From Spirochaetia bacterium (GTDB lineage: Bacteria; Spirochaetota; Spirochaetia; SZUA-6; Bin103): a stretch of 64,000 nucleotides of DNA. Below, piece after piece: positions 32,001 to 39,768 of this stretch. The notes under the pieces are model-generated. The model did no database searches, was not told the DNA's origin, and worked only from the letters and a program-made list of their open reading frames with translations. The stretch covers positions 2,560,001 through 2,624,000 of the forward strand of contig OZ241907.1 in assembly GCA_965203515.1 (NCBI GenBank), given 5' to 3'. The translations under genes were made by a program, and so were the position numbers. How positions within the stretch are numbered: the first letter of the stretch is position 1; every line of letters begins with the position of its first letter.

Positions 32001-32113
32001 CGGCGGCGGTCGGCGATGCGGTTGGTGGGCTGGCGGTTCTCGTCCAGCTCCCAGTGCCGTCCCGGATACTCGTACGGCGAGTTCAGGATCGGCCGGCGAA
32101 AAAACTCATCCAT
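29087..32113 (-). CDS. Type III R-M-like restriction subunit (Res; SF2 helicase plus PD-(D/E)XK nuclease)
   Basis: Start MDEFFRRPILNSPYEYP, LKLATGAGKT, NDEAHH, MLTEGWD, EQVVGRALRR, C-terminal YLPDFIV...VVEIKG. Confidence 0.9.
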   Translation of the reverse strand: MDEFFRRPILNSPYEYPGRHWELDENRQPTNRIADRRRRVSFITPIPPVRKQRGRQREIVFDTAAAGLEADGQQYDLSALIDSVRRAVDEWRRLPRARWRVTPETARLLDHWRHHRFSGLRPFFCQVEAAETVIWLTEAAPAGARGRQFLDHLERVNEQANPALARLALKLATGAGKTTVMAMLIAWQTINAVRHPGSRRFTRGFLVVTPGLTIRDRLRVLQPNDPDSYYRSRELVPRDLLGDLHRAKIVITNYHAFMRRETQELSRGGRALLQGRGPELRTQETEGQMLQRVMPDLMGMKRVLAFNDEAHHCYRERPREESEEGDLKGEDRKEAEKNQEAARVWISGLEAVQRKLGLSRVIDLSATPFFLRGSGYAEGTLFPWTMSDFSLMDAIECGIVKLPRVPVADNIPGADVPKFRNLWAHVGRRMPRKGRGKAGGLDPLNIPVELQTALEALYGHYAATFEQWREAGIEAPPCFIVVCNNTATSKLVYDYIAGFERRNEDGSTTLENGRLALFRNFDEYGNQLARPRTLLIDSEQLDSGEALGADFRAAAGDEIARFRREIVERTGDRRQAEALSDQDLLREVMNTVGMAGRLGGETRCVVSVAMLTEGWDARTVTHVLGVRAFGTQLLCEQVVGRALRRQSYELNEEGRFDVEYADVLGIPFDFTAEPVVARPQRARATVTVKAVTPDRDGCELRFPHVRGYRVELPEEHVAAAFTEDSTLVLTPELVGPSITRNEGIIGEGVDLSLDHLKAMRPSTVTYHLTKTLLEQHWRDPGEEPKLHLFGQLKRITRQWLTDHLICKGGTFPAQLIYRELAERACQRITRGIVARHVGERPVTAVLDPYNPAGSTIHVNFTTSRQTRWQTDPRRCHVNWVVCDSDWEAEFCRFVESHPRVRAYVKNHGLGLEVPYRCGAEARTYLPDFIVLVDDGRGDDDPLHLVVEIKGYRREDAKEKKETMETCWVPGVNGLRSCGRWSFAELTDVYTLQEDFDAAISQPPVRHHA

Positions 32114-32135
32114 CGACGGAACGGCTCGCTGCCAT

Positions 32136-32555
32136 CTAAGTGCCGCGTACGGCGAATCCCAGCGCGCGGGCCGCGGTACCGAGCTGGCGGTCATGGGTGA
32201 GGAACTCGGCGACCCCGTCCTCGCTACGGCCGTCGGCGATCTCCGCGCTGGCCAAGTGAATCGCGTCCAGCGTGCCAAGGACCGTCCGGCGGGCTTGGCT
32301 TGCCCGGTCGAGGATAGTGGTCGAGACACGAACGCGATTGACGGATCGCCAGAACTGGGCGAAGCGTTCGTGCAGGGCGCCGCGTTCATCGTCGCCCAGG
32401 TCAGCGTTGAGACGGAGCCGGTCGATGGTTCGGTGAAACTCGACTCGGCAGATCTCACTGGTGTACGCGGCACTCCAGTAGCCCCACTCGTCGATCGTCG
32501 GTTCCTGGTTGAGCAGCCGGCTCAACACGACCGACGCGTCGACGTAGACGGTCAT
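32136..32555 (-). CDS. vapC: PIN-domain (VapC) ribonuclease toxin
   Basis: VYVDASVV, ICRVEF, LGTLDAIHLASA, FLTHDRQL acidic residues; 139 aa. Confidence 0.9.
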   Translation of the reverse strand: MTVYVDASVVLSRLLNQEPTIDEWGYWSAAYTSEICRVEFHRTIDRLRLNADLGDDERGALHERFAQFWRSVNRVRVSTTILDRASQARRTVLGTLDAIHLASAEIADGRSEDGVAEFLTHDRQLGTAARALGFAVRGT

Positions 32556-33931
32556 CGTCGTCTGCGCTCGGCCAGCAGCACGGCTACCCCCGGTATGGAG
32601 CGGCGTGTCGGCAGGCGCTCGAGCGTGCGGAGCGCTTCCGGCGGATCGACCGGCTCGTCAATAAGCGGTTCTTCGTCGACGGGGGGAGCCTGGCCAGCCC
32701 GGGCCTGACTGCGAATATGATTTACGATCACGTATGATGGGACACCGAATTCAGCCGCAATATCTTCCACTCCGCGGCCATCCTCCCGCATCCCGACAAC
32801 GCTCTTGACGGGCGCGAGAAATTCTGCAGCAAAAGCCCGCCCGGTTGCTTGGCGTTCTGCGTGGTGAAGATCGTTTACCACCGATCGCGGCGTGTTGCGA
32901 AAGCACACCGCGTCACCTACCGCCCGTGCGAATGCGAAGTTCAACCTCTCGGCACGACCATGATCGTGAAGATGGATACTGACGTCTCCGTCGGGACAGG
33001 ACACCAGCGCTCGAAACCCGTCGACGAGTTGGACGGGCTCGAACTGTGCAGATCCCAGCTTCTTTGCAAGTGTCACGTAAGATGGAAGTCGGTCGTCCGG
33101 CTGGAGGTTCAATGCCTGGCGACAGGCCCAGGCCGCGCGGTATCCCGCCGCCCACGGCCGAACGTGATCGTGTCCGATCGAATCTTCGATTTGGCCAGCC
33201 ACGCCGCCAAGTTCCGGCAGGATCGCCGCCGCTGTCGGTCGCGATTCCATCTGGCGCACACGATCCAGGACTGACGCTGACCGTTCCTTCGCCTTGATAC
33301 CCGACAAAAACTCGATCAGCGACTCTTCCGAGAAGAGGTCATTGGCATGTTCGATGAAGCGTGCGTCATCGTCCGAGATCGCATACGGGTCCAACCCCAA
33401 CGCGCCTGCCGCCTCGCAGAAGGCCCGTTCATCCGGATCGCTGCGCGACACCATGACGCGAGACCAACGCGCGGCGACTTCGCTATCCCTGACCCCTTCA
33501 CTGGCAAGTCGCTCTACCACTTCCTGGATGAAGCGAGACAGCTCTGATTCCGCGGCAACGCGCGGCAGCGTCTCTCGCCCGTCGGACCGAAAACCAAGGT
33601 GTGGATTATCACTGTGAAAGTCCTTGCCCGTCACCTCGAACGTCGAGCCATCGGTCCTGAAACGCAAGTCGGGTAGCGCGAAGCCGGTTCGATAACGTCG
33701 TATTCCGTGATCCCGGTCGCGGCCGCCGAAGATGATCCACCAGTCGGTCGCGATCCCTTCGGCAAGGTGAATCGCGGGAACGACAAGAGAGTCCGTATCT
33801 TCGTTGGTAACGTAATCGATGAACCGACAGGCGTTCTGACCTTGGATGTATATCCCCAGCTTGCAGAGCGTCGCGCGCTCCTCCGCCGTGCGATTCAGCC
33901 CGCCGTCAATCCACTCGACCGAAAATCTCAT
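32552..33931 (-). CDS. ImmA/IrrE-like (Peptidase_M78-like) protein lacking HEXXH, with an antitoxin-like C-terminal tail
   Basis: RLNFAFARAVGD (degenerate RFTxAHELGH), ERQATGRAFAAEFLAP, HTH-like VEDIAAEFGVPSYVI, then an extra P/E-rich tail ending LLAERRRR. Confidence 0.55.
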   Translation of the reverse strand: MRFSVEWIDGGLNRTAEERATLCKLGIYIQGQNACRFIDYVTNEDTDSLVVPAIHLAEGIATDWWIIFGGRDRDHGIRRYRTGFALPDLRFRTDGSTFEVTGKDFHSDNPHLGFRSDGRETLPRVAAESELSRFIQEVVERLASEGVRDSEVAARWSRVMVSRSDPDERAFCEAAGALGLDPYAISDDDARFIEHANDLFSEESLIEFLSGIKAKERSASVLDRVRQMESRPTAAAILPELGGVAGQIEDSIGHDHVRPWAAGYRAAWACRQALNLQPDDRLPSYVTLAKKLGSAQFEPVQLVDGFRALVSCPDGDVSIHLHDHGRAERLNFAFARAVGDAVCFRNTPRSVVNDLHHAERQATGRAFAAEFLAPVKSVVGMREDGRGVEDIAAEFGVPSYVIVNHIRSQARAGQAPPVDEEPLIDEPVDPPEALRTLERLPTRRSIPGVAVLLAERRRR

Positions 33932-33964
33932 CTCCGATCTCCTGGTCTCTCATACGCTCTCTGA

Positions 33965-35983
33965 TCATCCGGGAATAGCGTCGACATCGACCTTGACGCC
34001 GCATCGCTCGCCCATCTTCCGACAACGCTCCGCGCTCGTGGAATAGTCTCCGTACGGATACATCACGTACCGATCATGTCCCGGTACGGCGCGCATGACG
34101 AGCGCCCCCGCCGCGGTGCCGGGAGGATAGCGCTGCGCCGAGTGCACGTTCGAACTGAGCGCTTCTCCCGACAGTCTTTCGGCATTCGCGGCATCTCGAC
34201 TCAGCAGCGCGCCGGCGACGTTCAGCACCATCTGACTGGCAGCGCTTTCGCTCTGCCAAGGGCCATCGTCAACACGCCACCTGAGTGCCGAACCAGGCGG
34301 ATCCTGTTCGGGCCACGGCCAACGGCTCAGGACCCGTTGCGTGATCTCTTCCGCACGGCGTTCAAGCGCATCTTCGTCCCATTCGTTCTCGTCGGCGAGG
34401 CGCCGCGTCATCCCGATCGGGCTGCTCCGGTACACTTCCCGCTTCTCGGCGAACGTGCGCGCCGCCAAGCTCGAGTTGGTAGCGTCGCCGCTCAACGTCA
34501 GGTTCGCGAGCTGGTCGCGGTACTGTTCGTGCTTCTCATCCGGCTCGTCTCCCAAGGCGCGTTTCCATTCGTCCGTCAGCTTCTGGGGCATCACGTGCTC
34601 GATCGTCAATCGGTCGCGGGCAGGCGATTCCTCCCGGTGCTCGGCTTCCATCAACGCGCACAGCACCGCAGACGACGCCCCGGTGGCGCTCCCTCCGTAT
34701 GCCTTCCGGCGCCGGATTCCGGCGCGAACCTCGTCATCGCTCGGGACGCGTACGCGCCCCCGGAACCGGCGAATTCGTCCAAGCCAGTATTCGGCGAAGT
34801 CCTCACCTTCATCAGGGCCGTAGCCATGGGCCAAGTCCGCCACCGCCCGGTTCATCCCGGCCGTCGGCCGGTCCGCCAGCCACAGCCGGGTCGTCCAGAT
34901 GCCGATCCCTTCCAGGACCTTGGCCAGATCTTCGTCGGTCGCTTGGCCATGCTCCGCGGCGTCGTTCAGCAGTCTCAGCGTCAGCGGACGGTGAATATCG
35001 ATTCCCATTGCCCGCAGGTGTCGGAGCTCTCGTTCGACCCCCGCGGCGTGGTGGTGGGCACCTGCCGAACCGGTTACGATCCCGTAGAGCTGCGCGAGCC
35101 GCGCGAGGTCGCGACAAAGCGCCGGTCGATCGCCATCAAGTCCCTCCTGCACCGCCCACCGACGAAATTCATCATAGACGCGATCGATCCCCTGGAGATC
35201 GCCGGTTTTCCAGCGCAGGAAGTCCCGCAGGAACGTGTCGATCGGTTTGGTACCGTGTTCGGCCGCGAGTACTCGCTCGATCGTGCGCCAGCAATCGTCA
35301 TGCAAGTCCTGCTGTTCCGCATCGGGTAGTCCCATCAGGAGCCAATTCTTGATCTTCTCGCTCTCGGTCAGCGGACGGCCGGTGGCGTTCAAGCTCTCGA
35401 AGATCTGCTGCGGGTCGTCTCGTTCGCCCAAGCCGATGCTGACCACCCGGAGCCGCTCAAGCCCCTTGAGCAGGCAGGCCACGCCATGCCTGGCGACCAG
35501 ACGGCGTGCGATGCTCCAAGCCTGGGACACGGCTCCCGGACCTGCCGGCCCCCCTTCGAGACCGCGGCGGTATTCTTCCTCGTCGCCATCCTGGAGCCGC
35601 AGCTTGCGGAGCTTCTCGGGAGGCTTGCCCGGATTCATCAGTCGATCATCGCGAATGATCTGAGCGGTCCAGTCGCCGCATCGGCCGTCCGGTCCGAGCT
35701 CGTCCGCGATGCAGGCCAACAGGATGCTCACCGTCGTCAGCCGCTGCTGGCCGTCGACCACGCGGATGGTGCTCACGACTCCCGCCGCGCCGGGCTCGGG
35801 GAACGTAAGCAGCGTGCCGCCGTAGTGCGCGGCATCGGGGCCGGCGGCCGCGATCGTCACGAGGTCGTCGACCAGCCGTTCGATGTCGGGCTGCCCCCAA
35901 CGGTACCGGCGCTGCCAGCGCGGCACGACGTACTGGTACTGTCCGTTCAGAAGTGCAAGGAAGTCGATCTGCTGGGTCTGCAT
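33965..35983 (-). CDS. GmrSD-family (DUF262 + DUF1524 HNH) modification-dependent restriction endonuclease
   Basis: YVVPRWQRRYRW, VVDGQQRLTT, IFESLNATGRPL, TIEHVMPQ...LANLTL...N. Confidence 0.88.
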   Translation of the reverse strand: MQTQQIDFLALLNGQYQYVVPRWQRRYRWGQPDIERLVDDLVTIAAAGPDAAHYGGTLLTFPEPGAAGVVSTIRVVDGQQRLTTVSILLACIADELGPDGRCGDWTAQIIRDDRLMNPGKPPEKLRKLRLQDGDEEEYRRGLEGGPAGPGAVSQAWSIARRLVARHGVACLLKGLERLRVVSIGLGERDDPQQIFESLNATGRPLTESEKIKNWLLMGLPDAEQQDLHDDCWRTIERVLAAEHGTKPIDTFLRDFLRWKTGDLQGIDRVYDEFRRWAVQEGLDGDRPALCRDLARLAQLYGIVTGSAGAHHHAAGVERELRHLRAMGIDIHRPLTLRLLNDAAEHGQATDEDLAKVLEGIGIWTTRLWLADRPTAGMNRAVADLAHGYGPDEGEDFAEYWLGRIRRFRGRVRVPSDDEVRAGIRRRKAYGGSATGASSAVLCALMEAEHREESPARDRLTIEHVMPQKLTDEWKRALGDEPDEKHEQYRDQLANLTLSGDATNSSLAARTFAEKREVYRSSPIGMTRRLADENEWDEDALERRAEEITQRVLSRWPWPEQDPPGSALRWRVDDGPWQSESAASQMVLNVAGALLSRDAANAERLSGEALSSNVHSAQRYPPGTAAGALVMRAVPGHDRYVMYPYGDYSTSAERCRKMGERCGVKVDVDAIPG

Positions 35984-36018
35984 CGGACCGGATGGTAGAC
36001 GAGCGGAGCCGGGACGGT

Positions 36019-36597
36019 CTATGGGCTTTCGAGCGCCGGTGAAGTGAGCAGTGTATGGGCGCGATGAGCAAGCTGGTCGAAGTCCTCCCTGCACTTCTGT
36101 CGAATCTTGGTAATGTTGCGCGCGGCCTCTTCTCCCAATCGCATGCGCCCCTGACCTAGGCCGCCGGCAACTCCACGCTGTCGGGCAAGCGGCGCGAAAT
36201 AGCGCTCCTTCACGGACACCTCGGCCCGTACCTCCGACCAGCGCCAGGGCAGATCCAGGCCCGCGAGGGTCCAGGTCTCCAACTCCTCCCATGCGTTTTC
36301 GGCCAGGAACCGGCGTTGTCCGTCGAACTCCGCTTCGATCTGATCGAGTCGGTTACGGCGGGCTAGTTCCCCGTCCCGGTCCACGCACAGGATGAAGAGG
36401 TCGATCATCGCATCGTAGCGTTCGACGATCTCCTGCAGACGTTCGGATTTCAGTGCTTCGCGGATGCCGCCAAGCAGCGGATCCTGGCAGACCGCCACGT
36501 TTGCCGGGATGCTCAAAGATCGGAAGAGCCGGTCGAAGAGGGGCCGCAGGAGATACTGATCGTTGCGGAAGTCCTCGGGAATGATGAGCACTCTCAT
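36019..36597 (-). CDS. DUF4276/TOPRIM-like partner of the upstream ATPase
   Basis: MRVLIIPED, LFILCVDRDG (DxD), EELETWTLAG; ATGA-coupled to the ATPase. Confidence 0.6.
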   Translation of the reverse strand: MRVLIIPEDFRNDQYLLRPLFDRLFRSLSIPANVAVCQDPLLGGIREALKSERLQEIVERYDAMIDLFILCVDRDGELARRNRLDQIEAEFDGQRRFLAENAWEELETWTLAGLDLPWRWSEVRAEVSVKERYFAPLARQRGVAGGLGQGRMRLGEEAARNITKIRQKCREDFDQLAHRAHTLLTSPALESP

Positions 36598-37868
36598 GGA
36601 TCGTTCGCCGTGTCGGAGCTCGTGAACAGGATTGCGTCTTCCATCCAGTTCGAACGATGGAGCCTTCCCAATCCCTGTGACCGGCGCAGCGCACCGGCCT
36701 TGGGGAGGTCCGCCAGCGGACGCACGACGGCGTCATCGGTGTCCGGAAGCCGGCTGACGATGGAGGTATGCTCGAAGGTGCCGTCGCCGATCATTTCCAG
36801 AAGATCGGGCGAGTGGGTGGTGGTGACCACCTGGATGCGCCCCTCCGCGGTCTGGCCTTCGATGAGATCGAGCAGCAGCCGTTGTCGAGCCGGGTGAATC
36901 CCGTTGTCGATCTCCTCGAACACGTAGAGGCCTGCAGGATTGGGGCCGAGCAGCGCCGCCAACATCGCAAGCAGCCGCAGCGTGCCGTCCGACGCAGCAT
37001 AGGAAGACACGATCCTTCCGTTCCGTTCACGCAGCGCGAGCTGGACTCGTCCTGTCGTCGGGTCGGCAGGAAACTCGAAGCCCACTACGTCCATCGGCGT
37101 CAGCTCCCGAGTCCATTCGGTCAACGCAAGCCTGCGTTCCGGTTCCGCGCACACCTCTTTCAGCACCGTGGGCAGATTTTCGCCGCTGTCTCCCAATATC
37201 TTCTGGCCGGGAAACGCGGGTAGCCGCATGTGTTCCGGAGACAGATCGAGGAACCGCATGTTGGAAAAAGTACTTGCGACTCGTTCGGCCCAATCTTTCT
37301 GGGACCGGATGACGTGTCGATGCTCTCCAATCTGAGTCAGCGCCGGCTGATCCGGTCTCACGGCGATGCGATGTCCGAGTTTAAGCTGGCGCTCACTTCT
37401 GCCCATGCGGAGCAGCAGATGGTTGTCGTCTTCCTGCTCTCGGACCGGGTCCCCGACGTAAGGATGGCTCGTGTAGACAGGTTCATAAGGTAAGACCGAG
37501 AGACTCTCCTGCTTTACCGTGAACAATCCCGATTTCTCGCTATCGGGACCGACGACGATCCTGTAGCTGACCTTCCGCTTGTTCAACTCCATGGTGACGT
37601 TCAGGTCGAACGACGGCTGATCGAACCTGACGATCTCCTTCGGCGCTCCGCGAAGCGGCTGCCATTCGACTTGACCGCCGGCGCCGTATCTGCCACCGAA
37701 GATGTCCGCCAACGTGTACCCGCGCCCGACGCCGTGAAGGAACCGAAATGCATCGCGGAGGTTGCTCTTGCCGCTCGCGTTTGCGCCTACGATCACCGTG
37801 AACGGCCCCATGTTCAATCTCTCGTCAGCGAAGTTCTTGAAGTTTCTCAGACTCAATGAGGTGATCAT
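36594..37868 (-). CDS. AAA_21 / COG4637-type ABC ATPase
   Basis: MITSLSLRNFKNF, IVGANASGKSN, ASDGTLR, VFEEIDNGIHP, VTTTHSP; GGAGG SD. Confidence 0.88.
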   Translation of the reverse strand: MITSLSLRNFKNFADERLNMGPFTVIVGANASGKSNLRDAFRFLHGVGRGYTLADIFGGRYGAGGQVEWQPLRGAPKEIVRFDQPSFDLNVTMELNKRKVSYRIVVGPDSEKSGLFTVKQESLSVLPYEPVYTSHPYVGDPVREQEDDNHLLLRMGRSERQLKLGHRIAVRPDQPALTQIGEHRHVIRSQKDWAERVASTFSNMRFLDLSPEHMRLPAFPGQKILGDSGENLPTVLKEVCAEPERRLALTEWTRELTPMDVVGFEFPADPTTGRVQLALRERNGRIVSSYAASDGTLRLLAMLAALLGPNPAGLYVFEEIDNGIHPARQRLLLDLIEGQTAEGRIQVVTTTHSPDLLEMIGDGTFEHTSIVSRLPDTDDAVVRPLADLPKAGALRRSQGLGRLHRSNWMEDAILFTSSDTANDP

Positions 37869-37947
37869 TGCCACGCCTCCGCGGACCGGAATGATATGCA
37901 ACACGCCACGGTTCAGACTACCACATCCGGGCCGACGGGTTCGCGGT

Positions 37948-39063
37948 TCAGATGCGGCCGGTGCGGCGCAGCAGGGTCAGGTGGTTGCGCGCGTTGTCGT
38001 GCTCGAAATAGGCGTCCTGCAGGTGGCGCCGGCCGCGCGATCGCAGCGCCGTGCGGCCGTGCAACACGCGGTGCGAGGCGGCCAGCAACAGCATGCCCCC
38101 TTCCAGCCGCAGGCGGGCCTGGGCGGCGGCCGCGTTGATGCGCGTCGACAGTTCGTGATAGGCGGCGTAGAAATCGCGCAGCCGCGGCTGCGACAGCGGT
38201 ACCGCCTGCATCTGCTGCGTGTTGAAGCGGACCATCCTGACGTTCCCTTCCACGTCGAGCTCGACCATGGGGCCGACCGCGTAGCTCTCGTCCGTGTCGC
38301 TGAACAGACGGAACGGCACCGGCACGGCGCACAGCGCGTCGAACCGCTCGGGGTGATCGCGGCGCAGCCCGTCGACCACCGCGAAGGCGTCCACGATCGA
38401 GGAGTCGCCCCCATCGCACTCGTTCACCAGCATGTGCAGCACCTGCACGCTCGGCGGCCAGTGGTAGCTGGTGAAGTCGTTGTGTGGCGCGATCGCCAGG
38501 TCGGTGTGCGCGATGCTGTATCCCGACGGATCGACCGTGACGTTGTGGATGCGCTCGAACACCACCTCGCGGACCGGCCCCAACCGGGACGCGAGCTGCT
38601 CGGCGGTATCCGGCTCGGTCGGCGCGTCGATCAGGACGCAGACGCCGGTCCTCATGAACTCCTCGATCAGATCGGCGGCGGTCCGATCGTCGCTCAGGAA
38701 CCGGCCAAAGTCGAACCGGCGCGGCCGGAAGCGGCCGTCCCAGTACTCCGGCGCGCGGCGCGGGCGGTCGAGGAGCGCGTGCAGCTTGCTCGACCGGTAG
38801 CGGGTCCGGTGGCCGTCCGGCCATGTGACGGCGATCGCCTCGTCGTCGCACCCGGCCCGTTCGACGGCGGCGCGCTGCGGTCGCAGGTCGCCGGCGACCC
38901 GGAAGACGTGGAACCGCTTTTCCGTGGTCTGCATGACGCGGCACTCGCCGCATCCGCAATTGTCCCGCAACCACAGGTGCGGAATCGTGGTCCGCTCCCC
39001 GTCGCGCCACACCGCGGTCAGGGCGTCGCCCTCGTCGACGAGGCGGCTGATCAAGTGCTTCAT
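37948..39063 (-). CDS. Gamma-butyrobetaine hydroxylase-like Fe(II)/2OG dioxygenase (TauD/TfdA family)
   Basis: N-terminal WLRDNCGCGEC...WPDGH zinc domain, HND facial-triad motif, HRVLHGR. Confidence 0.85.
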   Translation of the reverse strand: MKHLISRLVDEGDALTAVWRDGERTTIPHLWLRDNCGCGECRVMQTTEKRFHVFRVAGDLRPQRAAVERAGCDDEAIAVTWPDGHRTRYRSSKLHALLDRPRRAPEYWDGRFRPRRFDFGRFLSDDRTAADLIEEFMRTGVCVLIDAPTEPDTAEQLASRLGPVREVVFERIHNVTVDPSGYSIAHTDLAIAPHNDFTSYHWPPSVQVLHMLVNECDGGDSSIVDAFAVVDGLRRDHPERFDALCAVPVPFRLFSDTDESYAVGPMVELDVEGNVRMVRFNTQQMQAVPLSQPRLRDFYAAYHELSTRINAAAAQARLRLEGGMLLLAASHRVLHGRTALRSRGRRHLQDAYFEHDNARNHLTLLRRTGRI

Positions 39064-39165
39064 GGCGATCCCCTCAGATCAGAAACGGCCCGATGCGCCT
39101 GTCATGCCGGGTTCTTGACCCGGCTATCGTTAAGAATACACCATGCGCGCAAGAGGAGAGAAGTC

Positions 39166-39768
39166 ATGCAGAGCGCCGCACGGACGATCGACGGGCCGAC
39201 GGTGAGCTTCACCAGCATGGCGGACGGCACGCGTGAGGACTACGAGCTGCTGGCGCGGTTCGAGGACCAGTTCGCCGCCGGCACCGCCGACCGGGTGCTG
39301 GCGCAGCTCCGCGAGCTGTCCGGCTCGCTGGCCGGCTACCGGGTCGACCGGCTGGAACACTCGCTGCAGACCGCGACGCGCGCCTGCCGCGACGGGGCGG
39401 AGGAGGAGATGGTGGTAGCCGCGCTGCTCCACGACATCGACGACCTGCTGGCCCCGCACAGCCACGGCGAGCTGTCCGCGCTGGTGCTGCGCCCCTACGT
39501 GACCGAGCGGACCTGGTGGATCGTTCGGCACCACGGGCTGTTCCAGCTCCACTACTACGCGCACCACCTGGGCGGCGACCGCGACGCGCGCGACAAGTAC
39601 CGCGATCATCCCTGGTATCAGGACGCCGTGCACTTCTGCCACCGCTGGGATCAATGCTCGTTCGATCCCGACTACGATTCGCTGCCGCTTTCGTTCTTCG
39701 AGCCGATGGTGCGCCGGGTGTTCGCGCGCGAGCCGTTCAGCCTGGCGCCAAGGAGGGGACCGACATGA
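39166..39768 (+). CDS. HD-domain protein (COG4341-like, possible diiron oxygenase)
   Basis: RLEHSLQTATRA, AALLHDI, HSHG, RHHGLFQ, WDQCSFDPDY; GAGGAG SD before ATG 39166. Confidence 0.8.
   Translation: MQSAARTIDGPTVSFTSMADGTREDYELLARFEDQFAAGTADRVLAQLRELSGSLAGYRVDRLEHSLQTATRACRDGAEEEMVVAALLHDIDDLLAPHSHGELSALVLRPYVTERTWWIVRHHGLFQLHYYAHHLGGDRDARDKYRDHPWYQDAVHFCHRWDQCSFDPDYDSLPLSFFEPMVRRVFAREPFSLAPRRGPT

Larger units (their letters stand above)
13025..37868 (-). other. Defence island (co-oriented, mosaic base composition, no integrase seen)
   Basis: About 19 consecutive minus-strand genes from defence/TA families between the pyr operon and the dioxygenase cluster. Host-like GC-rich and AT-richer segments alternate. 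Confidence 0.88.

Noticed and set aside
28721..32200. 1159-aa plus-strand ORF (and similar long ORFs at 6088-9003, 17468-19885, 41066-42952, 48921-51353)
   Set aside because: These are antisense shadows of well-supported genes in high-GC DNA and show no recognisable motifs.
32114..32473. N-terminal extension of Res to 1128 aa as given in the ORF track
   Set aside because: It overlaps the clear VapC gene; the family-like start is MDEFFRRPILNSPY at 32113.
13000..37947. Island as a prophage or ICE
   Set aside because: No integrase, att repeats, tRNA target, structural or conjugation genes were seen; the Gp37Gp68-family gene alone does not indicate a phage.
37762..39165. Long N-terminal extension of the HD protein (668-aa ORF), and likewise the extended starts for prfA, the GcvT-like gene and ADH
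   Set aside because: The extensions overlap other genes; downstream ATGs with SDs or stop-start overlaps fit family lengths.
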